64,000 nt of DNA. Source: an uncultured Candidatus Saccharibacteria bacterium. GTDB lineage: Bacteria; Patescibacteriota; Minisyncoccia; Phycocordibacterales; UBA9973. Within the stretch, counting starts at the first letter, position 1. Each line of letters opens with the position of its first letter. The DNA lies in contig CAZUQJ010000001.1 of assembly GCA_964622505.1 (NCBI GenBank), forward strand, positions 116,957 through 180,956. Direction: 5' to 3'. Below the pieces are notes generated by a model. The model was not told where the DNA came from. It searched no databases and saw only the letters and a program-made list of their open reading frames with translations. Below are positions 46,367 through 56,312 of this stretch, piece after piece. Position numbers and translations under genes: made by a program.

Positions 46367-47752
46367 ATGGCAGATAAAAAATCATTACGAATTCCTCCAC
46401 AAAGTTTGGATTCCGAGAAAGCTATTCTCGGCTCTATTATGCTCCGTCCTGGAGCATTGCACGAAATCAGTGACATGATCTCTGATCGCTCTTTTTACGC
46501 AGGCAAGCACTCTCAGATTTATAAGGTGATGGGCGAACTTTCCAATAAAGGCGAACCGATCGACTTGATCTCTGTATCACAAAAATTGTCTGAAAAAGGA
46601 ATGCTTGATTCTATTGGTGGTACAAGCTATCTGACTGATCTTGTGAATTCTGTCCCCTCTTCTACAAACGTAAAACACTATTCGGATATTGTCGACAAGA
46701 AGCATATCTTACGAAATATTATTGACGCTGGTAACGATGTCTCCGAACTTGGCTTCAAAGAAGACGTTGAGGATATATATGAAGTCCTCAACAGTGCCGA
46801 AAAAAGAATGATGGAAATCCGTGATCCACTTAAGGGCCATGAGTATTATGCTTTGAAGGATACCTTGCCAGAAGCTTGGGAGCGTTTGGAACGTTTGCAT
46901 GAAAGCAAGGGCGAGCTCCGCGGAGTGCCAACAGGATTTAAAGACTTGGACCAATATCTTTCAGGGCTTCAAAATTCAGACCTCATTATTCTCGCAGCGC
47001 GTCCATCTGTGGGAAAGACAACACTAGCACTCGATTTCGCGCGTAATGCTGCGACAAAAAATAATGTTTCAACTGTCATCTTCTCTCTCGAAATGAGTTC
47101 ACAGCAACTTGTAGACAGAATGCTCTCTGCGGAGTCCAAGGTGAATGCGTGGAATTTGCGTACTGGAAACTTGTCTGCCGAAAAAGAATTTACTAAAATT
47201 CGTGACTCGCTCGATCGCCTCGCAAAGGCACCAATATTTATCGATGACCAAGCCGGCAATTCTATTGCTCGTATGCGTTCAGTTTGTCGCCGTGTAAAGG
47301 CAAGTAATGGTATCGGCCTTGTTATTGTTGACTACTTACAGCTCATGTCGACTTCCAAAAATTATGACAGTATGGTCAACCAAGTTACCGATATATCTCG
47401 ATCGCTCAAAGCATTGGCAAAGGAATTCAATGTACCAGTAGTAGCACTTTCCCAGCTCTCTCGTGCTGTGGAGGCTCGTGGTGGACGCCCTCGCCTATCC
47501 GACTTGCGTGACTCTGGATCTATCGAACAAGACGCCGATGTTGTGATGTTTATTCACCGCGAGGATAAAGGCAAGGATGAAAGCGAGCGCACAAATATTG
47601 CAGAAATTTTAATCGAGAAGCACCGTAACGGACCTGTTGGAAAGGTTGATTTGTATTTCGATGACAAGACCACAAGCTTCCTTAATATTGAAAAGAGTAG
47701 TCTTGATAGCTTTGCACCATCTCAGGCTGATAGTGGTATGGATGCATTTTAA
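46367..47752 (+). CDS. dnaB: Replicative DNA helicase DnaB
   Basis: N-terminal DnaB domain; Walker A ARPSVGKTT; RecA-like C-terminus; 461 aa. Confidence 0.9.
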   Translation: MADKKSLRIPPQSLDSEKAILGSIMLRPGALHEISDMISDRSFYAGKHSQIYKVMGELSNKGEPIDLISVSQKLSEKGMLDSIGGTSYLTDLVNSVPSSTNVKHYSDIVDKKHILRNIIDAGNDVSELGFKEDVEDIYEVLNSAEKRMMEIRDPLKGHEYYALKDTLPEAWERLERLHESKGELRGVPTGFKDLDQYLSGLQNSDLIILAARPSVGKTTLALDFARNAATKNNVSTVIFSLEMSSQQLVDRMLSAESKVNAWNLRTGNLSAEKEFTKIRDSLDRLAKAPIFIDDQAGNSIARMRSVCRRVKASNGIGLVIVDYLQLMSTSKNYDSMVNQVTDISRSLKALAKEFNVPVVALSQLSRAVEARGGRPRLSDLRDSGSIEQDADVVMFIHREDKGKDESERTNIAEILIEKHRNGPVGKVDLYFDDKTTSFLNIEKSSLDSFAPSQADSGMDAF

Positions 47753-47760
47753 ATTAAAAC

Positions 47761-48375
47761 ATGGACCCAATAAATTTATTGTCTGAACAGTTTAAAGAAT
47801 TTCCTGGTATCGGTGAGCGCCAAGCCAAGCGTTTTGTGTATTTCCTGTTGCACAAGAATCCTCAATTTGTAAAAAGTCTTGGCGATGCCATTTTGTCTAT
47901 AAAGAATCAAATCAAGCAATGTAGCTTGTGTTACCTATTCTTTCAATCAAAGAGCGACACATTGTGCGAGACTTGCCGGAATATAGAAACTGACAAAACC
48001 ACACTTTTGGTGGTAGAAAAAGATGCCGATTTTGAAAGTATTAAAAGGAGCCGAACTTATAAAGGTATGTACTTTGTGCTGGGAGGACTTGTACCTGTAG
48101 TGACCAAAGAGACAGCCAGTTTTGTACGTACAAAAGAGCTTCTAAATTCAATAGAAAAACGGGCGCAAAATGATGGTTTAAAAGAAGTCATTCTTGGTCT
48201 CTCTATTAATCCTCAAGGTGAGCACACGGATATGTATTTAAGAGAACTCATCAATCCTTTAAAAGATAAATATAATTTAAAACTCTCGACTCTCGGCCGA
48301 GGTCTTTCGACCGGCACCGAGCTTGAATACTCTGATTCAGAAACTATCAAAAATGCGTTGAGGAATAGGAATTAA
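47761..48375 (+). CDS. recR: Recombination protein RecR
   Basis: HhH N-terminus, CxxC…CxxC zinc finger, and a Toprim segment. Confidence 0.85.
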   Translation: MDPINLLSEQFKEFPGIGERQAKRFVYFLLHKNPQFVKSLGDAILSIKNQIKQCSLCYLFFQSKSDTLCETCRNIETDKTTLLVVEKDADFESIKRSRTYKGMYFVLGGLVPVVTKETASFVRTKELLNSIEKRAQNDGLKEVILGLSINPQGEHTDMYLRELINPLKDKYNLKLSTLGRGLSTGTELEYSDSETIKNALRNRN

Positions 48376-48408
48376 AAAAAGCGGTCCCAAATATGGAACC
48401 GCCTTTTT
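48376..48408. terminator. Intrinsic terminator between convergent recR and the downstream minus-strand gene
   Basis: gcggtcc … gaaccgc hairpin followed by T5. Confidence 0.55.
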
Positions 48409-48417
48409 GTATAAGCT

Positions 48418-49212
48418 TCAAAGATCAATTTCTACACCAAAATAAACTTCATGTGGTGATTTTGTTAGAGCGGTATTGTTTTCCCACTCAAGTCCAACTG
48501 AAACAGTTGGATGACCTTTTTTAATAGTTTTAGGCACAAACTTAAACCAAGCACTTGCTTGGAGGACTCGTTGATAACTTGGAAGTAGTATTCTACCCAT
48601 ACCAGTTGAAGCAAGTTCAACGTGATGTTTTTTAGAATGCCATAATGGTAATCCATGAGTAGAATATTCATAGCCAACAACATAATGATTAAGATACTGA
48701 AACCCTTTATGATTTTTAGAATCCCCTAAGGTATCTATATGATCTTCAAGATTGTATCCCCTGCTGATTACAGAAAATCTTTCAAATACTGGCTTGTCTT
48801 TAATTTTACAGAAATCATACAGTGTTGTTTGTGGGCCAAAAGCAACGTACTCTTGCCCACTTAAACTACCAATTTCTAAGCCAAATTGGAAATGTTTCCA
48901 TCCCGTAAAAACCTCTGAGTAAGTTAAAAGATCTTCCATGTTGTGTTCCTTCCAGTGGGTGTTGCCATCATAGTAAAAGTGAACACCGTAGATCCCTCTA
49001 TGGAGGAAACTATTGTGATAATTTACAATTGTTTCGATTTTCACCGTTTTGTTGTTAAACGATGGAAAAAGTGGCAGAGGATAGAATTCAAATTTAACTT
49101 CCAAAGGACGTTCTTTTAAACATTCTTTTTCTTTTGTTGAATCTGTTTGTGCATAAATTGTCAAAGTGCTAATTAAAAGCACTACCATAGTTAAGTAATT
49201 CTTATTTTTCAT
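48418..49212 (-). CDS. Secreted His-rich hypothetical protein (signal peptide, beta-rich)
   Basis: N-terminal signal peptide; many His/Tyr/Trp residues; C-terminal …VYFGVEIDL. Confidence 0.45.
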   Translation of the reverse strand: MKNKNYLTMVVLLISTLTIYAQTDSTKEKECLKERPLEVKFEFYPLPLFPSFNNKTVKIETIVNYHNSFLHRGIYGVHFYYDGNTHWKEHNMEDLLTYSEVFTGWKHFQFGLEIGSLSGQEYVAFGPQTTLYDFCKIKDKPVFERFSVISRGYNLEDHIDTLGDSKNHKGFQYLNHYVVGYEYSTHGLPLWHSKKHHVELASTGMGRILLPSYQRVLQASAWFKFVPKTIKKGHPTVSVGLEWENNTALTKSPHEVYFGVEIDL

Positions 49213-49217
49213 TTTTT

Positions 49218-49278
49218 AGTCGTTGAGTTTTAGGAAACCTTATGATTATTTCATCAGATTAGGTAAAACTCAACGACT
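49218..49278. promoter_or_regulatory. Perfect 15-bp inverted repeat (AGTCGTTGAGTTTTA … TAAAACTCAACGACT) with a 31-nt spacer, in the 5' leader of gene 48418..49212
   Basis: Seen directly. It abuts the start codon and is not followed by a U-run, so it is not a canonical terminator. Confidence 0.45.
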
Positions 49279-49324
49279 CTTTACAGCACGCTTTTATTTG
49301 TGGTTATTATAGCACATATAAATA

Positions 49325-49353
49325 AAAAATCAAGCTTTTTTAGCTTGATTTTT
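49325..49353. terminator. Bidirectional intrinsic terminator downstream of rplU
   Basis: 12-bp perfect stem aaaaaatcaagct / agcttgattttt with a 5-nt loop. Confidence 0.7.
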
Positions 49354-49368
49354 ATGTGAGGGTATTGT

Positions 49369-49683
49369 CTATTTAATTGCTGAGATCTTTACTTCTACGA
49401 ATGGTTGGCGGTGGCCATTTTGCTTCAAATATCGGCTTTTTTGCTTGAATTTAACCACTTTGATTGTCTTGCCCTTGCCTGCTTTCTGAAATAGGGCTTC
49501 TACCTTTGCATTTACGATATATGGAGCACCAATAGTAGTGTCCTTGCCATTGTCTACTAATAGGACTTTGTCAAAAAGGATCTTGTCGCCTGCAGTAAAG
49601 TCCCCTGCTAGCTTTTCTACTTTTAAAACGTCGCCAACTGCGACTTTGTATTGCTTTCCACCTGTTTCTATTACTGCGAATTC
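49369..49683 (-). CDS. rplU: 50S ribosomal protein L21
   Basis: MEFAVIETGGKQYKVAVGDVLKVEKL L21 N-terminus. The ORF-track start 49722 is probably too far upstream. Confidence 0.85.
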   Translation of the reverse strand, partial: EFAVIETGGKQYKVAVGDVLKVEKLAGDFTAGDKILFDKVLLVDNGKDTTIGAPYIVNAKVEALFQKAGKGKTIKVVKFKQKSRYLKQNGHRQPFVEVKISAIK

Positions 49684-49745
49684 CATAAGGGTTATAATAC
49701 ACAAAAATTTGAAAAAAAGCAAGACCCACTGTATACTGGGTACAT

Positions 49746-50267
49746 ATGATATCCAAGTACAAATATAAGGGTCTTTTGTGGATCGACTTGCAGTCCCCTC
49801 GCCGTGAAGAGATCCAGAGTATTCTCGAAGAGTTCAATCTACCCGAAGATCTGGAACAGAAAATATACACAGAAAGCCCTGAACCAAGTACCGATATTGA
49901 TCCACACTTTACCTACTCTGTACTATATTTTCCAAGCATACTTTCTTCACAAGATTGTATAATCCAACAAGAAATAGATTTTATAATTGGTAAAAATTTC
50001 TTGATTACTGTGCACTATGAACCTATTAATGTCCTCGACAATTTTGCCAAGAAATTTGAAGCCGAAGAATTGCTCGGTGCAAATATCAAGCTCGAAAATT
50101 CTGCATCATTATTTTATTATCTTATTCAAACACTAAATGATGATACAAAAGCAACATTGGCAAGTCTGAGCTTCAAAAAAGGTAGCAACAGTAGCATCCT
50201 CGTACCTATTTTGTGTATAATCATCGTAATACTTGCGGTTTTTGGCATAATTCAGTATTTAAAATAA
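49746..50267 (+). CDS. CorA-N-terminal-domain-like protein with a single C-terminal TM segment (truncated or mini-CorA; lacks the GMN motif)
   Basis: GLLWIDLQSPRREEIQSILEEFNLPEDLEQ…YSVLYFPSI parallels the CorA cytoplasmic domain. Only one TM segment and no GMN. Confidence 0.45.
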   Translation: MISKYKYKGLLWIDLQSPRREEIQSILEEFNLPEDLEQKIYTESPEPSTDIDPHFTYSVLYFPSILSSQDCIIQQEIDFIIGKNFLITVHYEPINVLDNFAKKFEAEELLGANIKLENSASLFYYLIQTLNDDTKATLASLSFKKGSNSSILVPILCIIIVILAVFGIIQYLK

Positions 50268-50268
50268 T

Positions 50269-51627
50269 ATGGCACTCAAATTACACAACACATTTACAAA
50301 AAAGCTCGAAGAATTTGTTCCACTGAATAAAGATTTTGTCAGCCTATACACTTGTGGGCCTACTGTCTACGACTACCCTCACATAGGCAACTATCGAGCA
50401 TACATTTTCGGTGACACACTCAAGCGGTATCTCTCGTATTGTGGCTACCAAGTCAACCACGTGATGAATATTACGGACATAGATGACAAGACAATCCGTA
50501 ATTCTCAAAAAGTGGGTCAGGGTTTGCAAGAATTTACAGAATTCTATACCGACGAATTCTACAAAGACCGCGACATGCTCAATATAATTCCTGCCGATTC
50601 TTACCCAAAAGCGACTGGTTACATAGAAGAAATGGTCAAAATTATTGAGGTTTTGATTGAGAAAAAACATGCATATGTTTCCACAGATGGATCGGTTTAT
50701 TTCGATATTGCGAGCTTCCCAGCTTATGGCAAGCTCGCACACATTGACCTATCTGAACTGCGAGATAATGCAAAAGGTCGTATGAAGAGCGATGAATATG
50801 AAAAGGATTCTGTCCAAGATTTTGCATTATGGAAAGCGTATGACGAAACTGATGGTGATGTCTTTTGGGAGACGACTCTAGGCAAGGGTCGCCCTGGCTG
50901 GCATATAGAATGTAGTGCAATGTGTATCAAAAATCTTGGCGAGCAGATAGACATCCATACGGGCGGAGTCGACAACATATTTCCCCATCATGAGAACGAG
51001 ATCGCTCAATCAGAATGTTGTACCGGTAAGCAATTTGTAAAATACTGGATGCACAATGAGTGGCTACTAGTAGATGGCAAAAAGATGTCCAAGTCGCTTG
51101 GCAATTTCTATACCCTCCGTGACCTTATCGAAAAAGGCATCAATCCCCTTGGCTACCGGCTATGGCTTATGACCTCGCATTATCGTACATTGACCAATCT
51201 AAACATGGAAGCCCTACAAGGTGCAGAAACTGCCCTCAAGCGCCTCTACGAGGCATTTAAAGCTCTTGGGGAGGATACAAATGGCTCTGTGAATAGTGAT
51301 TACAAGGCTCGATTTATGGCATATGTAGACAACGATTTAGATACTCCACAAGGTCTTGCCTTGTTGTGGGAATTGGTAAAAGATCAGAATATTTCCCATG
51401 CCGACAAGCGCGCAACGATGCTCGATTTCGATCAAATATTTGGCTTTGGGTTGGTAGATATAAAAAATGAAGAAGTTCCGACAAATGTGCTCAATCTTGT
51501 AGCCGAGCGCGAAGAAGCAAGGAAAAATAAAGATTGGGCTGACAGCGATATATTGAGAGCCAAGATAAATACACTAAACTACGAAGTCAAAGATACATCC
51601 GACGGTCCAAAAATCAGTAAGATGTAG
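50269..51627 (+). CDS. cysS: Cysteine--tRNA ligase
   Basis: YTCGPTVYDYPHIGN (HIGH) and KMSKSLGN; 452 aa. Confidence 0.9.
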   Translation: MALKLHNTFTKKLEEFVPLNKDFVSLYTCGPTVYDYPHIGNYRAYIFGDTLKRYLSYCGYQVNHVMNITDIDDKTIRNSQKVGQGLQEFTEFYTDEFYKDRDMLNIIPADSYPKATGYIEEMVKIIEVLIEKKHAYVSTDGSVYFDIASFPAYGKLAHIDLSELRDNAKGRMKSDEYEKDSVQDFALWKAYDETDGDVFWETTLGKGRPGWHIECSAMCIKNLGEQIDIHTGGVDNIFPHHENEIAQSECCTGKQFVKYWMHNEWLLVDGKKMSKSLGNFYTLRDLIEKGINPLGYRLWLMTSHYRTLTNLNMEALQGAETALKRLYEAFKALGEDTNGSVNSDYKARFMAYVDNDLDTPQGLALLWELVKDQNISHADKRATMLDFDQIFGFGLVDIKNEEVPTNVLNLVAEREEARKNKDWADSDILRAKINTLNYEVKDTSDGPKISKM

Positions 51628-51678
51628 TATTTGACAATCTCTTGTTTCAGGGATAGGATAAAAGAAAAATTGAATATT

Positions 51679-51972
51679 ATGAAAGAGAAAAAATTTTTTC
51701 GCATCCCTCAGTCTGTCTTGTTCTGTATTGTCTTTCTTGAGTTTTGGTATGTAATAATACCAAATACACTACTCTTAAAGAAGTTTTCAAGCACTTGCTG
51801 GGTCCCTTCATTAATCAGCTGGAATAAGTTCTACGAAAAAAACGAGCTATTATTTGCCTCATGGCTTATTGTTGGCATTGTTTTATTCATCCTTCTAATC
51901 ATGTTATTTGTTTATTTATCTAAACAGTATCAAAAAAATCTGATCAAAGATCAAAGATACCATTGGTTGTAA
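51679..51972 (+). CDS. Hypothetical small membrane protein (start at the internal Met)
   Basis: Two TM segments; 97 aa. Confidence 0.3.
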   Translation: MKEKKFFRIPQSVLFCIVFLEFWYVIIPNTLLLKKFSSTCWVPSLISWNKFYEKNELLFASWLIVGIVLFILLIMLFVYLSKQYQKNLIKDQRYHWL

Positions 51973-52052
51973 ATCCAAAAAATATAAAAGCCCTAGACTT
52001 ACCAGTCTGGGGCCTTTATTATATTAGTGCAAGAACTGTTTTTGCGCCAATA

Positions 52053-53747
52053 CTATTTCACTGCTTCGAGCTCCATGTAGAATGTCGATCCAAGACCAAC
52101 ACCTTCGGAATCCACTCCCACATCGCCTCCATGAGCTTTGGCAATTTCTTTTGCAAGATAGAGTCCAAGTCCTGAGCCTGTCGTGTTCATCCGGGCACCA
52201 TCTCCACGAGCAAATTTATGGAACAATGTGTCTTTAATCTCTTGTGTCATCCCCATACCAGTATCTTTTACAGCAAAGCGTATTTTGTTATCCATTCTAG
52301 ATACTGATATGTGGATCTCCCCTGTCTTTGTGTATTTAATAGAGTTGTCGATAAAGTTGAGCACAACTTGGCGGAGCTTTTCTTGGTCGCCATTTACTGT
52401 GTACGGACCTGTTTTGTCATCTGAATAATCGATCTTCAAGCCCTTCTTCTCAGCATTTATAGCAATGCCTTTCATCATACTACTTGCCATTTCACCCATA
52501 TCAAAATTTACTTTCTCGTATTTCATACCGCCCGATTCAATTTTTGATACGTTTAGGAAATCTTCAATAGTAACAGCCAGATGAGTACTTGACTGCATAA
52601 TAATATCTACTGCCTCTTTTGCTTTTGGCCCCAATTCGCCAAAGCTACCATCAAGCACCATTGAGGCATAACCTTTGATAGCAGTCAGTGGGCTACGGAT
52701 CTGATGCGTCGCAAGTGAAATAAACTCGGTTTTGAGCTTGTCTAATTCCTTCAATTTATCATTAGCAACAAGAAGCTGCTCTGAAAGAATTTCTAATTGC
52801 TCGCGTTGTTTGACCTCTTTCTTTACAGATTTAACTAACTGATATCCAAGTATAATTACAAAACTAAGAGTAAAGAATATTATAAGTTTAATATTTTGAA
52901 TTTTTCTTACAAATGACATCGAAAGGACGAGGAAGCCAAGAGCAAATATAAGGACCTGGGCGCTCAGTATCTTTAGATTAAATGTTTTAAATTTTACACT
53001 TATATATGCTAAAAATCCAAAAAATATTGGCATACCTATAAGCCCCGCTTGAGCCAGAGTCCAATTGTCAGTAAAACTTCCTATGGTATTACCCCAAGAA
53101 AAAGCCAAGAGGAATAATATAATCCCAACTCCGAAATATTCAATTTCCTTCTTTCTATTTTGATCGATTGTTCTTCGGTGGTTATAAATTACAATTCCCA
53201 ATATTGTTACAATGCTCACAAATTCAAAAATATATGTATAAAACAAGGAAATTGGACCTTCGAAAGCATTACAGTCAGCAAGATCAACACCAATAAGTGT
53301 CAATTTAGATGATAGAAAGACAATGAATGGTAATAACAATGTCACCATTAACATCTTGCCCTTAAATGCAATATCTTTACCAGTAATAAATAAATATGCA
53401 AAATAAACAGATGCAGTATAAATAAGCGGTTCCAACAAAATTTGTAATGACCAGTAAAACATGACCATTTCTGGCCTATTTGTAGCCCAAAGAATCAGAT
53501 CAATAGTAGTCCATACTGAGAAAAGTAGTGTAATAATAAACAGAAATATGTTTGCAGGAGATTTGTTACCCTTGTAGAGTATGATTATTCCAAGTAAAAG
53601 TGCAATTAACACTGCAGGCAAATGCGAATAAAAGAATAGTGTAGGTATATTACTTGAAAAAATCAAATATTGTGCTTGTTCCCATGGGCAGAGTAAAGTA
53701 TTCATATTAATTAATTGATGATGCGTATAAGAAATAACTTCCAACAA
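52053..53747 (-). CDS. Sensor histidine kinase with an N-terminal polytopic (about 8 TM) sensor domain. No cognate response regulator is present in the window.
   Basis: H-box LATHQIRSPLTAIKGY; HATPase motifs including DTGMGM. Confidence 0.8.
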   Translation of the reverse strand: MLEVISYTHHQLINMNTLLCPWEQAQYLIFSSNIPTLFFYSHLPAVLIALLLGIIILYKGNKSPANIFLFIITLLFSVWTTIDLILWATNRPEMVMFYWSLQILLEPLIYTASVYFAYLFITGKDIAFKGKMLMVTLLLPFIVFLSSKLTLIGVDLADCNAFEGPISLFYTYIFEFVSIVTILGIVIYNHRRTIDQNRKKEIEYFGVGIILFLLAFSWGNTIGSFTDNWTLAQAGLIGMPIFFGFLAYISVKFKTFNLKILSAQVLIFALGFLVLSMSFVRKIQNIKLIIFFTLSFVIILGYQLVKSVKKEVKQREQLEILSEQLLVANDKLKELDKLKTEFISLATHQIRSPLTAIKGYASMVLDGSFGELGPKAKEAVDIIMQSSTHLAVTIEDFLNVSKIESGGMKYEKVNFDMGEMASSMMKGIAINAEKKGLKIDYSDDKTGPYTVNGDQEKLRQVVLNFIDNSIKYTKTGEIHISVSRMDNKIRFAVKDTGMGMTQEIKDTLFHKFARGDGARMNTTGSGLGLYLAKEIAKAHGGDVGVDSEGVGLGSTFYMELEAVK

Positions 53748-54645
53748 TAATGATTATAATAGATAAAACCTTTTGTATCAAATGTTTTAATGAAATTTTT
53801 TCTACACTAATACTTGGTATGACTAAAGTCAAGAAAACACCTATAATAAAAACAAATAATGGCTGGTAGCTACTTACAACCAATACCAAGGCAACTGGTG
53901 CAAGTAAAGTAGCAAAATTGTTGGCTAAGTTACCTAGGATATAAAGCACCTCACTTCCAACATTGATAGATAATGCTTTATAATTTTTTTGCCTGAATAC
54001 ATCGAGGAATTGTTTCCTGTATTCTGAATTTGTGATAAAAATAATTAGACCCAATGTTGATAGACCTGTATATTGCCAAAATGTAGATGTTAAAAAGCTC
54101 CCATCGTTGATTGCCACATATTTAAACAATACATCATGCAAAGCAAAGAAGAATGATGATATAGTTACTAATAATAAAATTTTCTTTTTTAATTTAATAT
54201 GATTATCTATGTCAAAATCAATAGAAAGTATAACAATACCAAGTATTACAAGTAATGATGCAAGTAATTGTTGAGTTGTGAGTATTTCACCAAGTATCGG
54301 TATACTAAGAAAGTACCCAAAAATCGGTATCATTTGCAACAATGGTATTACCACAGATGTTTCCTCGTGATTTAGTGCCTTTAAGTATAAATAGAAGGCA
54401 ACAGCATTCAACATCCCTATGAAGAATAAACAAAAAGCATTCACAAATGAAATATTGAATATATGTGTATGCCAGATGAGAACCAATATTGGCAGTAAGA
54501 TTACAGAAAATAGAGACGAAAATAAAAAAATTGATCCAATTCCCCTACCCTTAAAATGTTTTGTTAACAGAAATTTGTCAGCATGATTAACAATACTTAA
54601 TAATATTGGGGAAATTAGAGATATTAAAAACCAATTATAGTGCAT
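53707..54645 (-). CDS. DMT-superfamily (EamA-like) transporter
   Basis: 10-TM protein with an internally duplicated topology. Overlaps the histidine kinase by 41 nt. Confidence 0.5.
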   Translation of the reverse strand: MHYNWFLISLISPILLSIVNHADKFLLTKHFKGRGIGSIFLFSSLFSVILLPILVLIWHTHIFNISFVNAFCLFFIGMLNAVAFYLYLKALNHEETSVVIPLLQMIPIFGYFLSIPILGEILTTQQLLASLLVILGIVILSIDFDIDNHIKLKKKILLLVTISSFFFALHDVLFKYVAINDGSFLTSTFWQYTGLSTLGLIIFITNSEYRKQFLDVFRQKNYKALSINVGSEVLYILGNLANNFATLLAPVALVLVVSSYQPLFVFIIGVFLTLVIPSISVEKISLKHLIQKVLSIIIIIVGSYFLYASSIN

Positions 54646-55258
54646 AAACTATTCTATATTATCTGAATTTTCTAATTCTGTACTCGAATCCGTAATTTCA
54701 AAATTAGCATCAATAAAAGACCTTTTGTATAGTAAATAAATTGAGGCCAGTATTAAACATAAAAAAACCAAGACCAATACTTTTGACTTTTTATCCATAA
54801 AAATATTATACCATAGAAATATTATATATACGATAGCTTTACAACTCTAAACATTTATCCGTACTTAAAATTTGACTTTTGTATAATAATCTTTTATAGT
54901 TTAAATGTATGAGTTATATGTATACAAAAGTGAATACTAGTCCCGTACCAGCAACCGCTATGTGGGTGTTTCATTTTTGTATTCAATAAATTCTCAAATC
55001 TCTCTTGAATATAAACACGAACCGCTCACAAGCGGTTTTTTGTTCTTTAGGTAAAAGAAATATGGTAACAGAACTTCCATATCTAAGTTCTTTAAAAATT
55101 AAATAATTAAACAATGAAAAAAATTCAAAAAACCAAACATGTTAATCTTGGTAAAAAAGAGGCTAAAACACCTCCTGAGATCATTTATGCCCAACCCAAC
55201 ACAAGAACCCATCATTATGATGGTGTTGTCGGTTGGATTGAAAAAAGAAATTTAGAGC

Positions 55259-56269
55259 ATGATGTTCCTTAAATTTATTAGAATTTTATTTAAAACCCTG
55301 TTTATTACAAACAGGGTTTTATTTGCATTACTTTTATATTTTGCTACTATGGTCTTTATGATAGATTCAATAATTAATACAAAAAAAGTAGAGGATGCCG
55401 ATGTGGTTATACTCTCTGCAAGTTACGAGAAAACTGCTTCTAGTCGTAAAGGTACTGGTACTGGACCAAAAGCTATTATGAAGATGCTCGAAGGCAAGCT
55501 TGAGCTTTTCGACCGCTCGTACAAGAAAAATGTTGCTGAGTATGTAAAGATTATGCACAAAGATGCAGGTAATATTAGCCCTCTTACGCCAAAGAAAGCA
55601 CTGGATAAAATTATTGCCGAATCGACTAAAATTTTAGATAAAAATAAATTTGTTTTCTTGCTTGGTGGCGAGCACTCAGTCTCGCTCGGTCTTCTGACTG
55701 CCCTCTCGAAAAAAGTGAATCCAAAAGATGTTACAGTACTCCAGATCGATGCCCACTGCGATCTACGCAACGATGACTCTGACTATAGTGATGACCCATC
55801 CAACTTGGCTCACTCTTGCGTCCTCCGCCGAGTCAACGAGCTTGGCTACCCGCTTGTGCAAGTTGGTATCCGCACCTATTTCAAAGGTGAATATGAATAT
55901 TTCAGCAATCCTAAAAACAACATTACAGTCTTCGAATGGGGCCAAAATGGTAGGGACTTAGCCCCTACCTGGAAGCCACCGGCTATTGCGGACATAATTA
56001 AAGCGATCAAAACAAAATATGTATACATCACGATCGATGTTGACGGTTTCGATCCGGCTCATATGCCAGGCACTGGTACAGCAGTCCAAGGTGGCCTTGA
56101 ATGGTGGTATGGTGTAGAACTATTGGAAAAAGTTATCAAATCAAAAGAGCTTATAGGTGCCGACATCGTAGAAGTCGCCCCAATGCGCGACTCAATCCTC
56201 ACCGAATACGGCGCCGCCCAACTCCTCTACGGTATGGTTGCCCACAAATTTAGAAACAGATTGAAATAA
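55259..56269 (+). CDS. Arginase-family ureohydrolase, most likely agmatinase. The true start is probably the internal Met near 55352.
   Basis: GGEHS, DAHCDLRND and DVDGFDP manganese-ligand motifs. Its polyamine-gene neighbours favour speB. Confidence 0.75.
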   Translation: MMFLKFIRILFKTLFITNRVLFALLLYFATMVFMIDSIINTKKVEDADVVILSASYEKTASSRKGTGTGPKAIMKMLEGKLELFDRSYKKNVAEYVKIMHKDAGNISPLTPKKALDKIIAESTKILDKNKFVFLLGGEHSVSLGLLTALSKKVNPKDVTVLQIDAHCDLRNDDSDYSDDPSNLAHSCVLRRVNELGYPLVQVGIRTYFKGEYEYFSNPKNNITVFEWGQNGRDLAPTWKPPAIADIIKAIKTKYVYITIDVDGFDPAHMPGTGTAVQGGLEWWYGVELLEKVIKSKELIGADIVEVAPMRDSILTEYGAAQLLYGMVAHKFRNRLK

Positions 56270-56277
56270 ATAAGTAG

Positions 56278-56310
56278 TAAAAAGCCCTGATTAATCTCAG
56301 GGCTTTTTAA
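56278..56310. terminator. Bidirectional intrinsic terminator between convergent genes
   Basis: agccctga-ttaatc-tcagggct hairpin flanked by A and T runs. Confidence 0.7.
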
Positions 56311-56312
56311 AT

